This document shows, in pieces, positions 1 through 11,202 of a stretch of 64,000 bases of DNA. Both the position numbers and the translations under genes were made by a program. The number at the start of each line of letters is the position of its first letter. The first letter of the stretch is position 1. The notes beneath the pieces are model-generated. The model was not told where the DNA came from and did no database searches. It was given only the letters and a program-made list of their open reading frames with translations. This DNA comes from Akkermansia muciniphila (GTDB taxonomy: Bacteria; Verrucomicrobiota; Verrucomicrobiia; Verrucomicrobiales; V1-33), in NCBI GenBank assembly GCA_945861415.1, contig CAMAUV010000012.1:7609-71608 (forward strand). Reading direction: 5' to 3'.

Positions 1-515
1 TCATAGTGCGGTTTCTTAGCGAGAAGGGCCGGTGGAAGTTTGACTGGCTGCAGTATGTGAACCTCGGCCGCGATGAAGACCTGCGCCGCCAGATCCGCGG
101 CGGCGGACGGCAGTGGCTGGAGGAAGAGGAATTTTTGCTCAACGGCGCCTACCCCGCCATTCCGCTCCCCTGCCGCGAACCCTATCAAGTCGCCGCTCTT
201 TCCATTCTGGCCCGCGGCTGCCGGGTGAAGGTGGACGTAAACAAGGGCACCCACCTTGAGACCGTGAGCAACAACACCGGTGGGCGCATCATCACCGGCG
301 GTTTGCAAAAAGGAGCCAACCTCATCAGCATTTCGCCATCGGTGATCCCAGGCGAAGTCACTACGCCGGCGCTGGAGATCAGTGTCATGTCACGCGCCGA
401 GAGTTACCGCCCGGCGGTGAAGCTGTGGTCATGGAAGCCGGCCGTACCTCCCGCGCAGTGGAAAGAGAAGTATGACTCCAGCATCTTTGTGAAGTCCCGG
501 GCCTCGGTGAACTGA
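1..515 (+). CDS. hypothetical protein, C-terminal part (5' end outside the window)
   Basis: The reading frame of the 6..515 track ORF is open to the left window edge. Stop at 513-515, only 8 nt before the next same-strand gene. No family recognised. Confidence 0.4.
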   Translation, partial: IVRFLSEKGRWKFDWLQYVNLGRDEDLRRQIRGGGRQWLEEEEFLLNGAYPAIPLPCREPYQVAALSILARGCRVKVDVNKGTHLETVSNNTGGRIITGGLQKGANLISISPSVIPGEVTTPALEISVMSRAESYRPAVKLWSWKPAVPPAQWKEKYDSSIFVKSRASVN

Positions 516-523
516 CCAACTCT

Positions 524-1933
524 ATGACGCCACTGCCGCTGAAGGTCCATGAGGTAAAGTTCAGCCACGCGTGGGTGCGCACGCGCTTTCCTTTCCGATA
601 CGGGATCGCGAGCATGACCACGGCGCCGCACGTGCTGGTGCGCGCGGAAGTGGAATGTGGCGGGAAATTTTACACCGGATGGAGCGCAGAAACATGGGTG
701 CCCAAATGGTTCACGAAAAATCCCGCCACCACGTATGCGCAGGATCTGCCGGACATGTGCCGCACATTGGAGCACGCGGCAGCCGCGGCCATGGAACCCC
801 GGGAGCCGGCCATACTTTTTGACTGGTGGCGCGCGCTGTATGCCGCGCAGTCGGAGCTGAATGTGCCGCCGCTGCTGGGGCACATGAGCACGGCCATGAT
901 CGAGCGGGCGGTGACGCATGCCGTTTGTCAGGCGCACGGCTGCAGCATCCACGCGTTGTGGAGGGAAAATGGCGCGGGTATTGAGATGGGCCGCGTGCGC
1001 CCGGAACTAGCCGGTTTTGCCCCCTCCGCCGCGCTGCCGGCAACGCCCGCGCTGAGGCTCACGGTGCGCCACACGGTGGGACTTGCGGATCCGCTCACGG
1101 ATGCGGAGATAGCAGATCCGCTGCACGATGGCCTGCCTCACTCACTGCAGGCCAATATCCGCGAGTTCGGGCTCACGCATTTCAAAGTGAAACTCGCCGG
1201 TGATGCGGAGCGCGATGCGGAGCGGCTCGTGAGCCTCTCCACGCTGTTGCCGCACGGGGCGCGCTTCACGCTGGACGCCAATGAGAATTATCCGGACATT
1301 CGCATCTTTCGTGCGCACTGGGATGGCTGGATGGCGCGCCCAGAACTGGCGGCATGGCTTCAGCGCGGGCTGCTGCTGGTGGAGCAACCGCTGCATCGTG
1401 AAGCGTCATTTAATGCCGATACCGCCGCCGCCTTTGCCGCATGGCCGCAGAGGCCGCCGGTCATAATCGATGAAGCCGATGCTTCGCTTTCCGATCTCCC
1501 CCGCGCGCTGGCTCTGGGCTATGCAGGCACCAGTCACAAGAACTGCAAAGGCTTGCTCAAAGGTCTGGCAAATGCCATGCTGCTGCGCCGCAGCGGCGGC
1601 ATTCTCAGCGGCGAAGACCTTTCCAACATCGGCCCGGTGGCCCTGCTCCAGGATCTGGCGGTCATGGCCGCACTGGGCGTGCCACATGTGGAGCGCAACG
1701 GCCACCATTACTTCCGCGGCACTAGCATGTGGCCGGAGAGAACAGGCAACTCCCTGTGCGCTGCACACCCGGCGCTTTACCGCAAGCGTGAGGACTTCGC
1801 GGTGCTGGACATCCGGGACGGCACACTTGATGTGGGAACAGCTGCGGTGGCACCACTGGGACTCACCGGACGGGAAGCTTTATCCGGCTTCACCGCTGGG
1901 CTGCCTGCCGCAAGGCCGGCAGAGCCGGTTTAG
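524..1933 (+). CDS. enolase-superfamily enzyme (mandelate racemase/muconate lactonizing enzyme-like)
   Basis: 469-aa ORF with barrel motifs in the expected order: 'THFKVKLAG' (KxK), then 'FTLDANENY', 'LVEQPL' and 'IIDEADAS' (D/E/D metal ligands). The N-terminal capping-domain-like start is 'VRTRFPFRYGIASMTTAPHVLVRAEVECGG'. Substrate unknown. Confidence 0.65.
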   Translation: MTPLPLKVHEVKFSHAWVRTRFPFRYGIASMTTAPHVLVRAEVECGGKFYTGWSAETWVPKWFTKNPATTYAQDLPDMCRTLEHAAAAAMEPREPAILFDWWRALYAAQSELNVPPLLGHMSTAMIERAVTHAVCQAHGCSIHALWRENGAGIEMGRVRPELAGFAPSAALPATPALRLTVRHTVGLADPLTDAEIADPLHDGLPHSLQANIREFGLTHFKVKLAGDAERDAERLVSLSTLLPHGARFTLDANENYPDIRIFRAHWDGWMARPELAAWLQRGLLLVEQPLHREASFNADTAAAFAAWPQRPPVIIDEADASLSDLPRALALGYAGTSHKNCKGLLKGLANAMLLRRSGGILSGEDLSNIGPVALLQDLAVMAALGVPHVERNGHHYFRGTSMWPERTGNSLCAAHPALYRKREDFAVLDIRDGTLDVGTAAVAPLGLTGREALSGFTAGLPAARPAEPV

Positions 1934-1968
1934 TGTCTCACTCGTGAAAAGCGAACAGGCTCGTGACT

Positions 1969-2006
1969 AAATTAGGGCTTCGCCCTTCTGGTTTCGTCAT
2001 TCCCGG
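1969..2006. repeat. short dispersed intergenic repeat, copy 1 (TTAGGGCTTCG ... TTCGTCATTCCCGG)
   Basis: It shares both boxes with the copy at 24451-24510 and lies between convergent genes. Confidence 0.5.
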
Positions 2007-2059
2007 CGCAGTAATCACCGTTCAATAAATCTTTTGGTTCCGGCTGCGCCGGATCAGGG

Positions 2060-4642
2060 TTACGGTGCGGTGATGACGATGCTTCGCACATTCATCAGCG
2101 TTGTACGGTCCTCCATTTTCACCGGCTCCAGCCAAAAACGCACAGGCCCCTCGCGATTGATAGTGAAAGTGCCGGCGTGCAGTCGCTGGAAGTCGTCGGA
2201 GCTTTCGGTGCGCATAACGGGGTTCTCGAATGAATTGGAGCCTACGGTGGCGGAGTAGGTGAAGCCCTCTTCGACGGCGCTCTGGAAGATTTCGATTTTG
2301 TATTCGCCGTTCTTCGGCACGATGAAGTCGAACACGATGCGCGTGCGGGCTGAGCGCCAACCCGTGATGTATTCTTGCACGGGGTCCCAGCGGGTTTCGG
2401 TCGCATCGCCGGCGATGATGGCGGCAGAACCGATGATTTTGTTTTCGCCGGGGATGAGGGTGATGACACTTTCAGTCTGCTTTTTTATCTGCTCCAGAAC
2501 AAGCTGCGCTTCATCCGCCATGGCAGCATCCGCGCTTTGGGTGAGTTCGGTGGCAAACTCAATGGCCTCTTTGCCCGTGAGATTACCTAGGGCGCTGAGA
2601 AAGTCTTTGCGCGAACGCAGGGTGGTGGCGTTGCCCAAGATCTTCTTGAGTCCCTTTACAACATCCGCGGGGGTGTAGGTGGGTATCCGGGCAATGGTGC
2701 GCGCGTAGGCCCCGACGAATAGATCGCGGTCGCCAGTGCGTGCGGCATCGAAGGCGGCGGCGGCCACGGTGTCGTCCGGGCTGGACCACATGCGCAGGGC
2801 CTCGGCGGCGGCTGCGGCGCGCTCTCCGCCCACGCCGAATTCGGTGGCGAGCGCGGCGCTGGCTTCAGGACTGCCATTGGCCCCCACGACTCGCAGAAGC
2901 TGACTGCGGCTGTTGAGGTCGATAGTTTTGAGGAAAGGTGCGAGCGCTTTGGCGCGACTGCCGCGGTGTTTGAACGTCGAGAGCACTCCCTCCACTGATC
3001 CCCAGAAGGCGCGGCTGTCTTCGTCGGAGGTGAATTTGGACGCCCGAGGGATCATGAGATCAAGGTCGTTAGGATCGCATGCGTTCTTTAGTGCCGTGAG
3101 CGCTTTTTTCCGGTTCTCTCCGGCATCGTTTTCAGCGATGTCCATGAGGGCTGCCGCAACGTCTTTAGATTTGTGGGAGGAGGCGATGCTGATGAGGCGG
3201 TCGCGAAGGTCGCCGGAGGAATCCTTGAGTTCCTTAGCAATGGTGGGGGCCACGCTCTCGCCGCGCACACGCTTGAGACCGGCGAGGGCATCGGCGATGC
3301 TTTTCTCTGTCTCTTCGGGCGTCTTGCCGTAGCCGCTGGCGGCAAGGTTCACGAGATCTTTGACCGTTTGGTAATTGCCCTGCGGGGACTCGCCTTTGAC
3401 CAGTTCCAGCACATCAAGTGGCGTGGGGCGCTTTTTCTGTCCATCGCGGTAGACGTACCAAGTGGCACCAAGGCAAATTGCCAGGAGGACGGTGCCGGCG
3501 ATAAAACTGATTGGACTGAAGCGCTCTCTGAAGACGCGGTGGGCGCCGGGCCGGCTGCTGCGGGCGCTCATGTGGCCGGTGGGTCTCGGGCGCTTATTGA
3601 CTGCTAAAGGGGCGGTTTTTGCCCCCGCGGCCGGTGCGGGCATCGGCTGGGTCTTGCTGTCGGCAGATGGCGGCGGCGGTGCGGGCTCCATAGGCTGAGC
3701 GGCGAAACCTTCGGCCTTCTTGGGGATGGCCGGGCTATAAAGCTGGGCGGATGCAGAAGGGCCCGCCCCTGGCACGGCGGTTGCCGGAGCAGGTGCAGGA
3801 GTGCCGGTTTTAAGGCCTGCCTTTTGCTGAACAAAAAACGCCAGCGCCTGCTGGGCATCCGTTGGCCGCGCGTCCATGTCGCGCGCCATGAGCCACATCA
3901 CCCAGTCAGCCATCCACTGGGGAATGTCCTGCCGGAGCCCATGCAGCGGGGTCACCAGATGCTGCAAATGGCTCACCATCACGTCCACTGGCGAACGGCC
4001 CTCGAATGGATGCTTTTGCGCCAACACGAGGTAGAATATACAGCCCAACGAATACAGATCAGTGCGCCCGTCCAACGGCAGGCGCTCAAACTGTTCCGGT
4101 GCCATGAAATAGATACTGCCAAAAATGCCCGACCCTTGGTCCTGCGCCTGCGGTGTGGGCATTTGCGAAAATTTTGCTAGCCCGAAATCGAGGATCTTCA
4201 CCTGAAAGCGCCCGCTGGCCAGCCAGTTCACCATCAGATTCCCAGGCTTCAAATCGCGGTGCACCAGCCCCCTGGACTGCGCGGCGACCATCCCCTCCAT
4301 CGTCTGCAGGGCCACCTGCGTAAAGTCATCCACACTCAGCTTTCCGCGAGCACCCACAGAATCCAGCGTTTCGCCCTTCAGCAGTTCCATAACGACGTAG
4401 GGTCCGTTTTCATCTCGGCCGACATCGAAGATGGTGACAATATTAGGGTGCTGGAGCGCGGAGAGGATGCGCGCCTCGCGCATCAAGTCTTCTGCCAAAT
4501 TCGCCGCGCCTTCCTCACCGGCTTCGGTGGATTTCACTCTCTTGAGGGCTACTTCCCGCCCGAGCTGAGTATCTACGGCCAGATAGACCTCCGCGAAGCC
4601 TCCATGCCCGATTTTACCCTTCAATTTGTATCGCTGACTCAT
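2060..4642 (-). CDS. membrane-anchored Hanks-type serine/threonine protein kinase with large extracytoplasmic C-terminal region
   Basis: Kinase motifs 'GHGGFAEVY', 'VALKRV', 'HRDLKPGNLM', 'DFGLAK' and 'APE'. A Pro/Ala-rich linker is followed by one hydrophobic helix, 'FIAGTVLLAICLGATWYVY', and then about 450 aa ending in a beta-sandwich-looking segment. Start placed at the ATG at 4642 (MSQRYKLKGKIG); the track ORF begins at 4714. Confidence 0.9.
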   Translation of the reverse strand: MSQRYKLKGKIGHGGFAEVYLAVDTQLGREVALKRVKSTEAGEEGAANLAEDLMREARILSALQHPNIVTIFDVGRDENGPYVVMELLKGETLDSVGARGKLSVDDFTQVALQTMEGMVAAQSRGLVHRDLKPGNLMVNWLASGRFQVKILDFGLAKFSQMPTPQAQDQGSGIFGSIYFMAPEQFERLPLDGRTDLYSLGCIFYLVLAQKHPFEGRSPVDVMVSHLQHLVTPLHGLRQDIPQWMADWVMWLMARDMDARPTDAQQALAFFVQQKAGLKTGTPAPAPATAVPGAGPSASAQLYSPAIPKKAEGFAAQPMEPAPPPPSADSKTQPMPAPAAGAKTAPLAVNKRPRPTGHMSARSSRPGAHRVFRERFSPISFIAGTVLLAICLGATWYVYRDGQKKRPTPLDVLELVKGESPQGNYQTVKDLVNLAASGYGKTPEETEKSIADALAGLKRVRGESVAPTIAKELKDSSGDLRDRLISIASSHKSKDVAAALMDIAENDAGENRKKALTALKNACDPNDLDLMIPRASKFTSDEDSRAFWGSVEGVLSTFKHRGSRAKALAPFLKTIDLNSRSQLLRVVGANGSPEASAALATEFGVGGERAAAAAEALRMWSSPDDTVAAAAFDAARTGDRDLFVGAYARTIARIPTYTPADVVKGLKKILGNATTLRSRKDFLSALGNLTGKEAIEFATELTQSADAAMADEAQLVLEQIKKQTESVITLIPGENKIIGSAAIIAGDATETRWDPVQEYITGWRSARTRIVFDFIVPKNGEYKIEIFQSAVEEGFTYSATVGSNSFENPVMRTESSDDFQRLHAGTFTINREGPVRFWLEPVKMEDRTTLMNVRSIVITAP

Positions 4643-4944
4643 TCTTCGCGTGCGTGTAGTTTGAATTTCCGTTGTCACATAATGGAATCCCCGACATCCG
4701 GCAAGTTCATTCACTTTGGGAGATGCAGTTATCCATTCACGCTAAGGTGTTGCCGCGAGCCGCGGGACGGGAAAAAGAGCTACGGGAGCCAATTTGTAGA
4801 CGGGCGGCGGCAGCGAATTCGCCTAATTTATGGGAGGAAAAGTGCTCGCAGAGCCCTTTTCCCTCGTTATTGTCTATCGTAGCAATCTACGGACTCTTCC
4901 GGCGAACCGCCATCAACGACATTCTGAAACCACACCACATCCGC

Positions 4945-6027
4945 ATGAAAAAGAAACTCTTCAGCGCCGCCGCCGCGCTAGCGATGACCACCCTGCCTTC
5001 ATCCGCCCTCATTAAGGTGGATGGTAAAAACACCGTCAACAAGGACGGTTCAGCTAAGTTCACCCAGACCTTAGAAATTGACCTCTCTCCCGTCATGGCT
5101 ATGATGGGTAATGCTGGGGCCGAAAACCCCTTTAGCGGGGAACCCGGCCAGAAAATGCTCGTCGAAATGATGAAAAGCATGAACGCCGGAGTCGATGTTT
5201 GGAGCGTTGCCAAAATCGAAGCCAAAGGCGCTGCGACCAAAATCACGCTGGGCGGATTCACCAAAGATTTCCGCGCAATGGGTGACATGAAGAACGCCCT
5301 CGGCGCCGCCGGTGACCAACTCCCCTTCCCAGTGGATGAACTTCCGGAAATGAAAATGATGGACATGAAGGACGACAACTCAGGCAACTCCGTCATCACC
5401 ATGGCCGGCCTTGATGAAATCTCCAACATGCTCGACGCTTTCCGCAAGATGACGGTCAAAGAGGGCAAAGGCCCCCAAGAGGGCGATTCCGCCAACATTG
5501 ACCGTGATGAAATCGCTACCGGTCTTAAGGAAGGCAGTCAGCAATGGGCCGGCATGAAGGGCATCATAGCGCCGATGGTTCAGGGCATCTCAATGAAAAG
5601 CACCATCGAAGTGAGCGGCACCATCTCGGAGTCCTCCGTTTTCAAGAAGACCGGCGAAAACACCGCCACCTTCTCCTTCGGCGGCGAGCAGATCATCAGT
5701 CTCGTGGACGCAATCCTTGCGGACGAAGACCTCCCGGACAAGATCGTAGAAATGGTCAAGACGGTGGAAAAGGAATTCGCCAACGAGAAGTCCACCAAGG
5801 CTGTGGTGAATTTTATCGAGCCCTTCCTCAAGGGAGTCTATGGTGGTAGCGCCAGCCCGAAGATCGTCATCAAGCCCGGCGCTGACGCGTTCGATTACGC
5901 CGCAGAGTCCGCCAAGGCCAAGGATGGTCAGTCCGAAGCCCTGAAGGGCCTGATCGAAGAGGCTACTACGGGCGGAAAGGCGAAGCTCCCCGGCGAAGCT
6001 CCTGCTCCGACGAAGAAGGCCGCGTAA
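4945..6027 (+). CDS. secreted hypothetical protein, Met/Lys/Glu-rich
   Basis: Start moved to the ATG at 4945, giving a signal-peptide-like 'MKKKLFSAAAALAMTTLPSSALI'. 361 codons, no family recognised. Divergent from the kinase gene and 6 nt upstream of the next gene. Confidence 0.6.
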   Translation: MKKKLFSAAAALAMTTLPSSALIKVDGKNTVNKDGSAKFTQTLEIDLSPVMAMMGNAGAENPFSGEPGQKMLVEMMKSMNAGVDVWSVAKIEAKGAATKITLGGFTKDFRAMGDMKNALGAAGDQLPFPVDELPEMKMMDMKDDNSGNSVITMAGLDEISNMLDAFRKMTVKEGKGPQEGDSANIDRDEIATGLKEGSQQWAGMKGIIAPMVQGISMKSTIEVSGTISESSVFKKTGENTATFSFGGEQIISLVDAILADEDLPDKIVEMVKTVEKEFANEKSTKAVVNFIEPFLKGVYGGSASPKIVIKPGADAFDYAAESAKAKDGQSEALKGLIEEATTGGKAKLPGEAPAPTKKAA

Positions 6028-6033
6028 ACGGCA

Positions 6034-7170
6034 GTGACCCCAACAAATTCAGATACATCCGCAGCGGCGGAGTCCGGTTCTTCCGGGCTCCGCCGTTTTG
6101 CCAGACAGATGGCGCTCCCGGATTTCGGCGCGGCCGGTCAGGAAAGTCTGCGCGCTGCCCGGGTGCTTTGTTTGGGAGCGGGAGGGCTCGGTTGCCCGGT
6201 GATGCTCTATCTCGCCGCCGCAGGCGTGGGGCACATCCGCATCGTCGATGACGATAGCGTGGACCTGACCAATTTGCACCGCCAGACGCTCTTCACTGAT
6301 GCCGATATTGGCCGCCCCAAGGCAGAGGTGGCGGCAGAAAAACTGCGGGCGGTCTACCCCGGCATCACCGCGGAACCGCACGTCACGCGCTTCACTGCCA
6401 CCAGTGCCATGGCGCTCAGTGATGGCTGCCATGTGCTCATCGACGGCACCGACAATTTTGCCACCCGCTACCTCAGCAACGACACCGCGGTGCTGCGCCG
6501 CATCCCGAATGTCTACGGCGCCATTTTTCGCTACGAGGGGCAGACCAGCGTCTTCGCTCCGCATCTTGGCGGACCGTGTTACCGGTGCCTGTTTCCCGTG
6601 CCGCCCGCGCCCGGCACGGTACCCACTTGCGCCGAGGGCGGCGTGCTGCCCGTGCTGCCGGGACTCCTCGGCATGATCATGGCTGCGGAAACCCTCAAAC
6701 TCATCGCCGGCATCGGCCAGCCGCTGACCGGGCGCATGCTGCATGTGGACACACTCACCATGCAGTTCCGCGAGTTAAAACTGCGACCCGATCCGCAATG
6801 CCCTGCCTGCGGCGAAAACAGGACCATCACCGCACCGCAGGAAGTGGGCTCCTCCTGTAACTTGCCTGCCCCGCCCGCCCCCATTCCGCAACTGACCGTG
6901 GCGGAATTTCGCGCACTTCCCGCGAGCGCGACAGTACTCGACATCCGGGAGGACTGGGAGCTTCTGCTCTTGCCGTGGGCCAGAGCCACGCTGCACATTC
7001 CTCACATCCAGCTAGCGCAGCGGCTCGGCGAAATTCCGCCCGCCACTCCGCTTGTTGTCGTGTGCAGCATTGGCGAGCGTAGCCTAGAGGCCGTCTCCCT
7101 CCTGCGCCGTTCTGGTCATAAGAATGCCGTTCACCTCAAGCACGGCCTGCGCGGACTGGATGCCGACTGA
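6034..7170 (+). CDS. ThiF/MoeB/HesA-family adenylyltransferase with C-terminal rhodanese domain (MoeZ/MoeB-like)
   Basis: 'RFARQMALPDFGAAGQESL', Rossmann 'LCLGAGGLGCPVMLYLAAAGVGHIRIVDDDSVDLTNLHRQ', Cys pairs 'CYRC' and 'CPAC', and a rhodanese-like tail with 'VVVCSIGERS'. GTG start. Confidence 0.85.
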   Translation: MTPTNSDTSAAAESGSSGLRRFARQMALPDFGAAGQESLRAARVLCLGAGGLGCPVMLYLAAAGVGHIRIVDDDSVDLTNLHRQTLFTDADIGRPKAEVAAEKLRAVYPGITAEPHVTRFTATSAMALSDGCHVLIDGTDNFATRYLSNDTAVLRRIPNVYGAIFRYEGQTSVFAPHLGGPCYRCLFPVPPAPGTVPTCAEGGVLPVLPGLLGMIMAAETLKLIAGIGQPLTGRMLHVDTLTMQFRELKLRPDPQCPACGENRTITAPQEVGSSCNLPAPPAPIPQLTVAEFRALPASATVLDIREDWELLLLPWARATLHIPHIQLAQRLGEIPPATPLVVVCSIGERSLEAVSLLRRSGHKNAVHLKHGLRGLDAD

Positions 7171-7248
7171 AGCGCCCACAACGCTGTGGGCCGGGTCCTT
7201 TCCCTCCCGCTTGTCCGGTGCGCCTCCAGTTAGTGACGTTCCTCCAAT

Positions 7249-9423
7249 ATGGCGGAAATCGGAGTTGCGTCTTTTGGGGAGATTACTAGGATCGGCCCCT
7301 TATTTTATCCGGATTTAACCGAGAATTTCCCTAAAACTGGCATGATTTCTGTTCTTGCGACCACCAACGACTTCCTACTCCACAACGGCATCAATCTGAG
7401 TCTCGTGCTCGGGGCGCTCGGCCTTGTGGTGGCCGGCTGGCTCATCGGCCGAATTAAAAAAGCTCCTGCCGGCAATGAACGGATGCAGGAGGTTGCCAGT
7501 GCCATCCAAGAGGGTGCCAAGGCTTATCTGAACCGGCAGCTTGTCGCCGTCGGGATCATCGCCGCGATCATTTTCACCCTGCTCCTCATCTGGAAGAAAG
7601 ACATGGCCGTGCCGGGCGGATTTTTGATCGGAGCGGTGTGTTCTCTGGCTGCCGGATTCATCGGAATGCGGATCGCCGTGCTCGCCAACGTGCGCACGAC
7701 TCAGGCGGCGACCGAAAACGAGCCGAAGGCGCTGCGTGCGGCATTCAATGGCGGTGCTGTAACGGGCCTGCTCGTCGTGGGCCTCGCGCTGCTGAGCGTT
7801 GGCGGTTTCTTCCTCATCATGGGCGGCGGCCAGCACGCCGTGGACAGCCTCGTCGGACTGGCGCTCGGCGCGAGTTTGATTTCAGTCTTCGCGCGACTTG
7901 GAGGCGGCATTTATACGAAGGCCGCGGACGTCGGTGCGGACCTCGTAGGCAAAGTGGAGTCGAATTTGAACGAAGACGACCCGCGCAACCCCGCCACCAT
8001 CGCGGACAATGTCGGTGACAATGTCGGCGACTGCGCAGGCATGGCGGCGGACGTTTTCGAAACCTATGCGGTGAGTCTCATTGGCTCTCTTCTCATCGGC
8101 GCGCTGCAACTCGGAGACAACGTGCCCGGCGCGATGGTCTATCCATTCGCCATCGGCGGCATCTCCATCATCGGCGCCGTGCTCGGCGTGCTTTATGTGA
8201 ACTGGCGCAGCAACAGCGCCAAAGCCGATCGCTGCCTCATGGAGGGCGTCATGCTTTCCGGAGCCATCAGCGCACTCCTCTACTGGCCGGCCACCACCAT
8301 GCTGCTGCCCGAGAGATTCATGCTCATCAACGGCAAGACCTTCACGCCGGGCAGTATCTACGGCACGGCGATCATCGGCCTGTTGATGACCTTCGCGGCG
8401 GTCTTCATCACCAACTATTATACCAGCACCCGTTGCAAGCCGGTGCGCGACATCGCGAAGGCCTCCGTCACCGGTCACGGCACCAACGTCATTGCCGGAC
8501 TTTCGGTCGGCAATATGGCGACCGCGCTGCCGGTATTCGTCATCGTTCTCGCTATCTACTTCAGCTACCAGTGGGGCGACCTCTTTGGCGTCGCCACCGC
8601 CGTGATGTCCATGCTCAGCATGGCGGGCATCATCATTTCGCTCGATGCTTTTGGCCCGATCACCGACAACGCCGGCGGCATCGCCGTCATGAGCGGCCTG
8701 CCGGAGGAAGTGCGGCACCGCACCGATGCGCTCGACGCCGTGGGCAACACCATGAAGGCCGTCACCAAAGGCTACGCCATCGCCTCCGCCGGCCTCGCCG
8801 CGCTGGTTCTCTTCGGTTCCTACTATTTGGAACTGGAAAAGAAGATCGGTGAGACCCTGGCCTTTTCACTCAAAGAACCGAAGGTGCTGATCGGCATGTT
8901 CATCGGCGGCCTGCTGCCGTTTCTCTTCAGCGCCATGGGCTGCGCCGCCGTAGGCCGCGCCGCCGGTGCCGTTGTCATCGAAGTTCGCCGTCAGATCGCT
9001 AAATTCCCCGGCATCCTCACCGGCAAGGACAAACCCGAATACGCCGCCTGTGTGGACATCGTCACCAAAGCCGCCCTGCGCGAAATGATCATCCCCGCGC
9101 TCCTCCCTGTTCTCGCCGTCCTGCTCGTCGCCGGCATTCCCGCCCTCGGCAAGGAAGCTCTCGGCGGCATGTTGGTCGGCACCATCGTCACCGGCCTCTT
9201 CGTCGGCATCAGCATGACCAGCGCCGGCGGCGCATGGGACAACGCCAAAAAATACATCGAAGAAGGTCACCACGGCGGCAAAGGCAGCGACGCCCACAAA
9301 GCCGCCATCACCGGCGACACCGTCGGCGACCCCTACAAAGACACCGCCGGCCCCGCCATCAACCCGATGATCAAAGTCGTGAACATCGTCGCCATCTTGG
9401 TGATCGAGCTGTTCTTCACATAG
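7249..9423 (+). CDS. hppA: membrane-bound H+-translocating pyrophosphatase, K+-independent type
   Basis: '[19 protein letters not shown]', '[31 protein letters not shown]' and '[12 protein letters not shown]'. The motif '[13 protein letters not shown]' carries Lys/Thr at the positions that distinguish K+-independent from K+-dependent PPases. The start could instead be the ATG at 7342 (MISVLATT). Confidence 0.93.
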   Translation: MAEIGVASFGEITRIGPLFYPDLTENFPKTGMISVLATTNDFLLHNGINLSLVLGALGLVVAGWLIGRIKKAPAGNERMQEVASAIQEGAKAYLNRQLVAVGIIAAIIFTLLLIWKKDMAVPGGFLIGAVCSLAAGFIGMRIAVLANVRTTQAATENEPKALRAAFNGGAVTGLLVVGLALLSVGGFFLIMGGGQHAVDSLVGLALGASLISVFARLGGGIYTKAADVGADLVGKVESNLNEDDPRNPATIADNVGDNVGDCAGMAADVFETYAVSLIGSLLIGALQLGDNVPGAMVYPFAIGGISIIGAVLGVLYVNWRSNSAKADRCLMEGVMLSGAISALLYWPATTMLLPERFMLINGKTFTPGSIYGTAIIGLLMTFAAVFITNYYTSTRCKPVRDIAKASVTGHGTNVIAGLSVGNMATALPVFVIVLAIYFSYQWGDLFGVATAVMSMLSMAGIIISLDAFGPITDNAGGIAVMSGLPEEVRHRTDALDAVGNTMKAVTKGYAIASAGLAALVLFGSYYLELEKKIGETLAFSLKEPKVLIGMFIGGLLPFLFSAMGCAAVGRAAGAVVIEVRRQIAKFPGILTGKDKPEYAACVDIVTKAALREMIIPALLPVLAVLLVAGIPALGKEALGGMLVGTIVTGLFVGISMTSAGGAWDNAKKYIEEGHHGGKGSDAHKAAITGDTVGDPYKDTAGPAINPMIKVVNIVAILVIELFFT

Positions 9424-9475
9424 AGCGGTCAAAGCCTTCCTGCCATTAATCGTCCAGTTGGTGACCGTCGGTATC

Positions 9476-9496
9476 AGCGCACCTCTGCGCTTATTT
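9476..9496 (+). terminator. weak hairpin + T-rich tail downstream of hppA
   Basis: AGCGCA-cctc-TGCGCT (6-bp stem) followed by TATTT, about 50 nt after the hppA stop. Confidence 0.3.
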
Positions 9497-9783
9497 ACTA
9501 CCTCTACCGCTGCATTGAACTTAATACTCAGTAACCAGCAGCCCTTTGATCCTGCGGCGATGGCGGCACGATGCGAAAAATTCGGGTTCACATCCGTCGT
9601 GCGCGTGGGCAAGGCGCGCACCTAGGCCTGGGAATTTCAGAGCTTTCCAGACTTCTCACCCGGCTTTCCCCACTCCGAAGTTCCTCAGAGTCCGGGATAC
9701 GGATGGCGGCGCGTTTATTTCCACAGCCCCCTCCCTTGACACCCCCCTTCTTATGCTACCCTCCGCGCCCAAGCACATTGCCG

Positions 9784-9836
9784 CAACTCACCGCCAACTC
9801 ACCGCCAACTCACCGCCAACTCACCGCCAACTCAAC
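9784..9836. repeat. 11-bp tandem repeat, about 4.8 copies of CAACTCACCGC
   Basis: Four perfect consecutive copies at 9784-9794, 9795-9805, 9806-9816 and 9817-9827, plus a partial copy CAACTCAAC. The array ends 9 nt before the ATG at 9846. Confidence 0.95.
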
Positions 9837-9845
9837 TTCCAACAC

Positions 9846-11063
<1,218 letters not shown>

Positions 11064-11202
11064 TGTTCTGGCGCAACTCGAACCGGGTTTAATGACAACA
11101 GCGCAAGTAAAGCGCCGGCTTCCCAGTGGAACCATCCATTACCCAGCAGCTGTATGAGGCAGCGGAGACGCGCCGGGCAATTCGCTGTGCCTATCCATCA
11201 AA

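Noticed and set aside
7249-7341. Whether the first 31 codons of the hppA track ORF are real.
   Set aside because: This is unresolved rather than rejected. The hydrophobic core of the family begins after the ATG at 7342, so the true start may be there. I kept the longer ORF in the feature list and flagged the alternative.
9784-9836. Whether the short tandem array could be a CRISPR array.
   Set aside because: The repeats are directly adjacent 11-mers with no spacers, far shorter than CRISPR repeats, and no cas genes are present.
9546-9845. N-terminal extension of the carboxynorspermidine dehydrogenase ORF (the track ORF starts at 9546).
   Set aside because: The extension is a read-through of the 11-bp tandem repeat and a Pro/Arg-rich spacer. 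The family N-terminus (MKKVLIIGAGGVG) starts at 9846.
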